Of a DNA stretch of 64,000 bases, positions 62,843 through 64,000 are shown piece by piece; position 1 is the first letter of the stretch, and each line of letters opens with the position of its first letter. Source of the stretch: a virus; IMG/VR virus record IMGVR_UViG_3300028920_000027, positions 1 to 64,000 of that record, one strand, 5' to 3'. Under the pieces are notes generated by a model. The model was given only the letters and a program-made list of their open reading frames with translations. It was not told where the DNA came from and made no database searches. The position numbers and the translations under genes were made by a program.

Positions 62843-63720
62843 ACGTTGTCGATGACGTCGTTGTAATCGCCCGTATCGTCGTCCATGTCGCTGCCGCCAG
62901 CACCATCGTCGATCCCCAGCTTGATCTTGAGATCAGCCGTGGAAAGCGAACGGAACGGATCCAGCTTCTCGTAAAGCTTGACAGCCCTCTCCAAAACCAT
63001 GGCCCTGAACTTGTCATTCCGGCGCCACGTGGCGGGGCCGTTGGCGTTGACATCGAAGTTCTGGAACCCCGAGTTGGTGCAGTCGAGCTTCACGTCCTGA
63101 TGCGCGATGTCGGTACTGTTCTTCTTCAAACTCGCGTTGAGCTTGTGAACCGCCTCGTAGCTCTTTGACGACAGACGCCATGGCTTGAGTCGCCAGTGCT
63201 TAGCCAATCGATCTTTGTCGATAGTCAGCTCCCCGTCCTCTTCCACCGTCGGGTAGATGAGCAACAAGGTGCCGAAGTAATTGCGTATGTCGCCGAGCTG
63301 CTTCCACACAGCATCGGCATCCTCGCCATCTTTGCCCATTCTGGTATACACATAGCCAATACCTTCTTTGTAGTGGGCTTCCCACTTTTTGAACTTGGCG
63401 ACGTTGATGTCGAGCTTCTCCGCTTCCGTTAAAGCGTCAACATCCTTGCCCAGCTTCTCAGCAACCTTGGCCAAGGCTCGGTTTCCGACTTCGACCATCT
63501 GCTCTCGAGTAGCCGTCTGCCCTTCCTTGGCCAACTTCCTCTTGAGGGCCAAGGCCGCCGCGATGGCGATGGGGTGGAAGTAGACAAAAGCCACGAGATG
63601 ACTGCGGCCCTTCTCAGACTTGAACCAGTCCTGCCGGTTGCCGGTTGCGTGCTTCTTGTCCTCGGGTTCTACGCCAATGTCTTCCTCATAAGCGTCGAGG
63701 TCATCAAACGGATCACTCAT
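62839..63720 (-). CDS. Putative ssDNA-binding protein (T4 gp32-like)
   Basis: 293 aa, aromatic-rich core, acidic C-terminal tail DDDTGDYNDVIDNV; upstream of ruvC/recA; AGGAG RBS. Confidence 0.6.
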   Translation of the reverse strand: MSDPFDDLDAYEEDIGVEPEDKKHATGNRQDWFKSEKGRSHLVAFVYFHPIAIAAALALKRKLAKEGQTATREQMVEVGNRALAKVAEKLGKDVDALTEAEKLDINVAKFKKWEAHYKEGIGYVYTRMGKDGEDADAVWKQLGDIRNYFGTLLLIYPTVEEDGELTIDKDRLAKHWRLKPWRLSSKSYEAVHKLNASLKKNSTDIAHQDVKLDCTNSGFQNFDVNANGPATWRRNDKFRAMVLERAVKLYEKLDPFRSLSTADLKIKLGIDDGAGGSDMDDDTGDYNDVIDNV

Positions 63721-63802
63721 GATTCAATCTCCTAACGGTCGCCTAGTGCCCACGGTGCGTTTTCTCTGGCTTGCTTGCGGGTGGACCCAGAACGAACAAC
63801 TG

Positions 63803-63812
63803 ACTCTACACC
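63803..63812 (-). promoter_or_regulatory. Candidate GGTGTAnnnT promoter
   Basis: GGTGTAGAGT, identical to 22810-22819, intergenic upstream of the SSB-like gene. Confidence 0.6.
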
Positions 63813-63821
63813 ACGGAATGG

Positions 63822-64000
63822 TCAGAGGTCCTCAAAAAGATCGGAATAGTCCTCTCCTTCTCCATCAAGGAATGCATCCACATCGTCATCCTCGGTGTCG
63901 CCCGTATTGTGGCCCTCACCCCCGCCCTCCCCATCATCCTGGGCTTCCTCTTCCTCGACAGGGCCTTCGCCTTCGCCCTCACCCCCGCCCTCCCCATCAT
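63822..64000 (-). CDS. Acidic C-terminal end of an upstream gene (partial)
   Basis: Frame DGEGGGEGEGEGPVEEEEAQDDGEGGGEGHNTGDTEDDDVDAFLDGEGEDYSDLFEDL*; includes a 26-bp direct repeat (63912-63937 / 63975-64000). Confidence 0.75.
   Translation of the reverse strand, partial: DGEGGGEGEGEGPVEEEEAQDDGEGGGEGHNTGDTEDDDVDAFLDGEGEDYSDLFEDL

Noticed and set aside
46528-63720. recA/ruvC/dnaX/sbcD/clamp block as bacterial chromosome flanking a prophage
   Set aside because: Genes are divergent, co-oriented and contiguous with the virion genes, share a promoter motif with the island in the head operon, and there is no integrase, att site or housekeeping gene order.
1-64000. Alternative genetic code or stop-codon reassignment
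   Set aside because: Conserved genes are full length under the standard bacterial code, and TGA, TAA and TAG all terminate genes at tight junctions.
63806-64000. ORF-track 64-aa protein MMGRAGVRAK...
   Set aside because: Wrong frame; the alternative frame ending at 63822 gives a coherent acidic tail with in-frame repeats.

Overview
This window is a 64-kb segment of a GC-rich, large (probably jumbo) tailed dsDNA phage. About 60 tightly packed genes, many with ATGA/TGATG overlaps, lie on the minus strand; only one clear gene (21471-22145) is on the plus strand. In transcription order (right to left) there are four blocks. (1) 64.0-46.5 kb, replication/recombination/transcription: gp32-like SSB, RuvC-like resolvase, RecA, a Rad50/SbcC ATPase split into separate N- and C-half genes, intein-containing Mre11/SbcD, a 4-Cys PD-(D/E)XK nuclease, sliding clamp, Toprim primase core, intein-containing DnaX-type clamp loader, a NusG-like/5'-3' exonuclease fusion and a sigma-region-4-like protein. 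(2) 46.5-45.9 kb, a decayed HNH gene and a hairpin-dense spacer. (3) 45.8-17 kb, head/packaging: intein-containing terminase, portal, HK97/herpes-fold prohead protease, scaffold, three decoration-like paralogs, major capsid protein and many unknown proteins, interrupted by an island of LAGLIDADG-methyltransferase, UDG and an inverted orphan. (4) 17-0 kb, fibre/appendage-type structural genes (beta-helix tailspike, LamG-like fibre) plus a patatin phospholipase. I found no tRNA, rRNA or CRISPR array. The strongest leads are: a recurring [K/R]-x-A-[S/A] motif that may be a herpes-assemblin-like maturation site cutting head polyproteins into cassettes; nested in-frame starts in long ORFs; two promoter motif classes; a pair of related Walker-A inteins; the split Rad50; and a capsid-like paralog among replication genes. 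All product calls come from motif recognition by eye, with no database search, and the host is undetermined.
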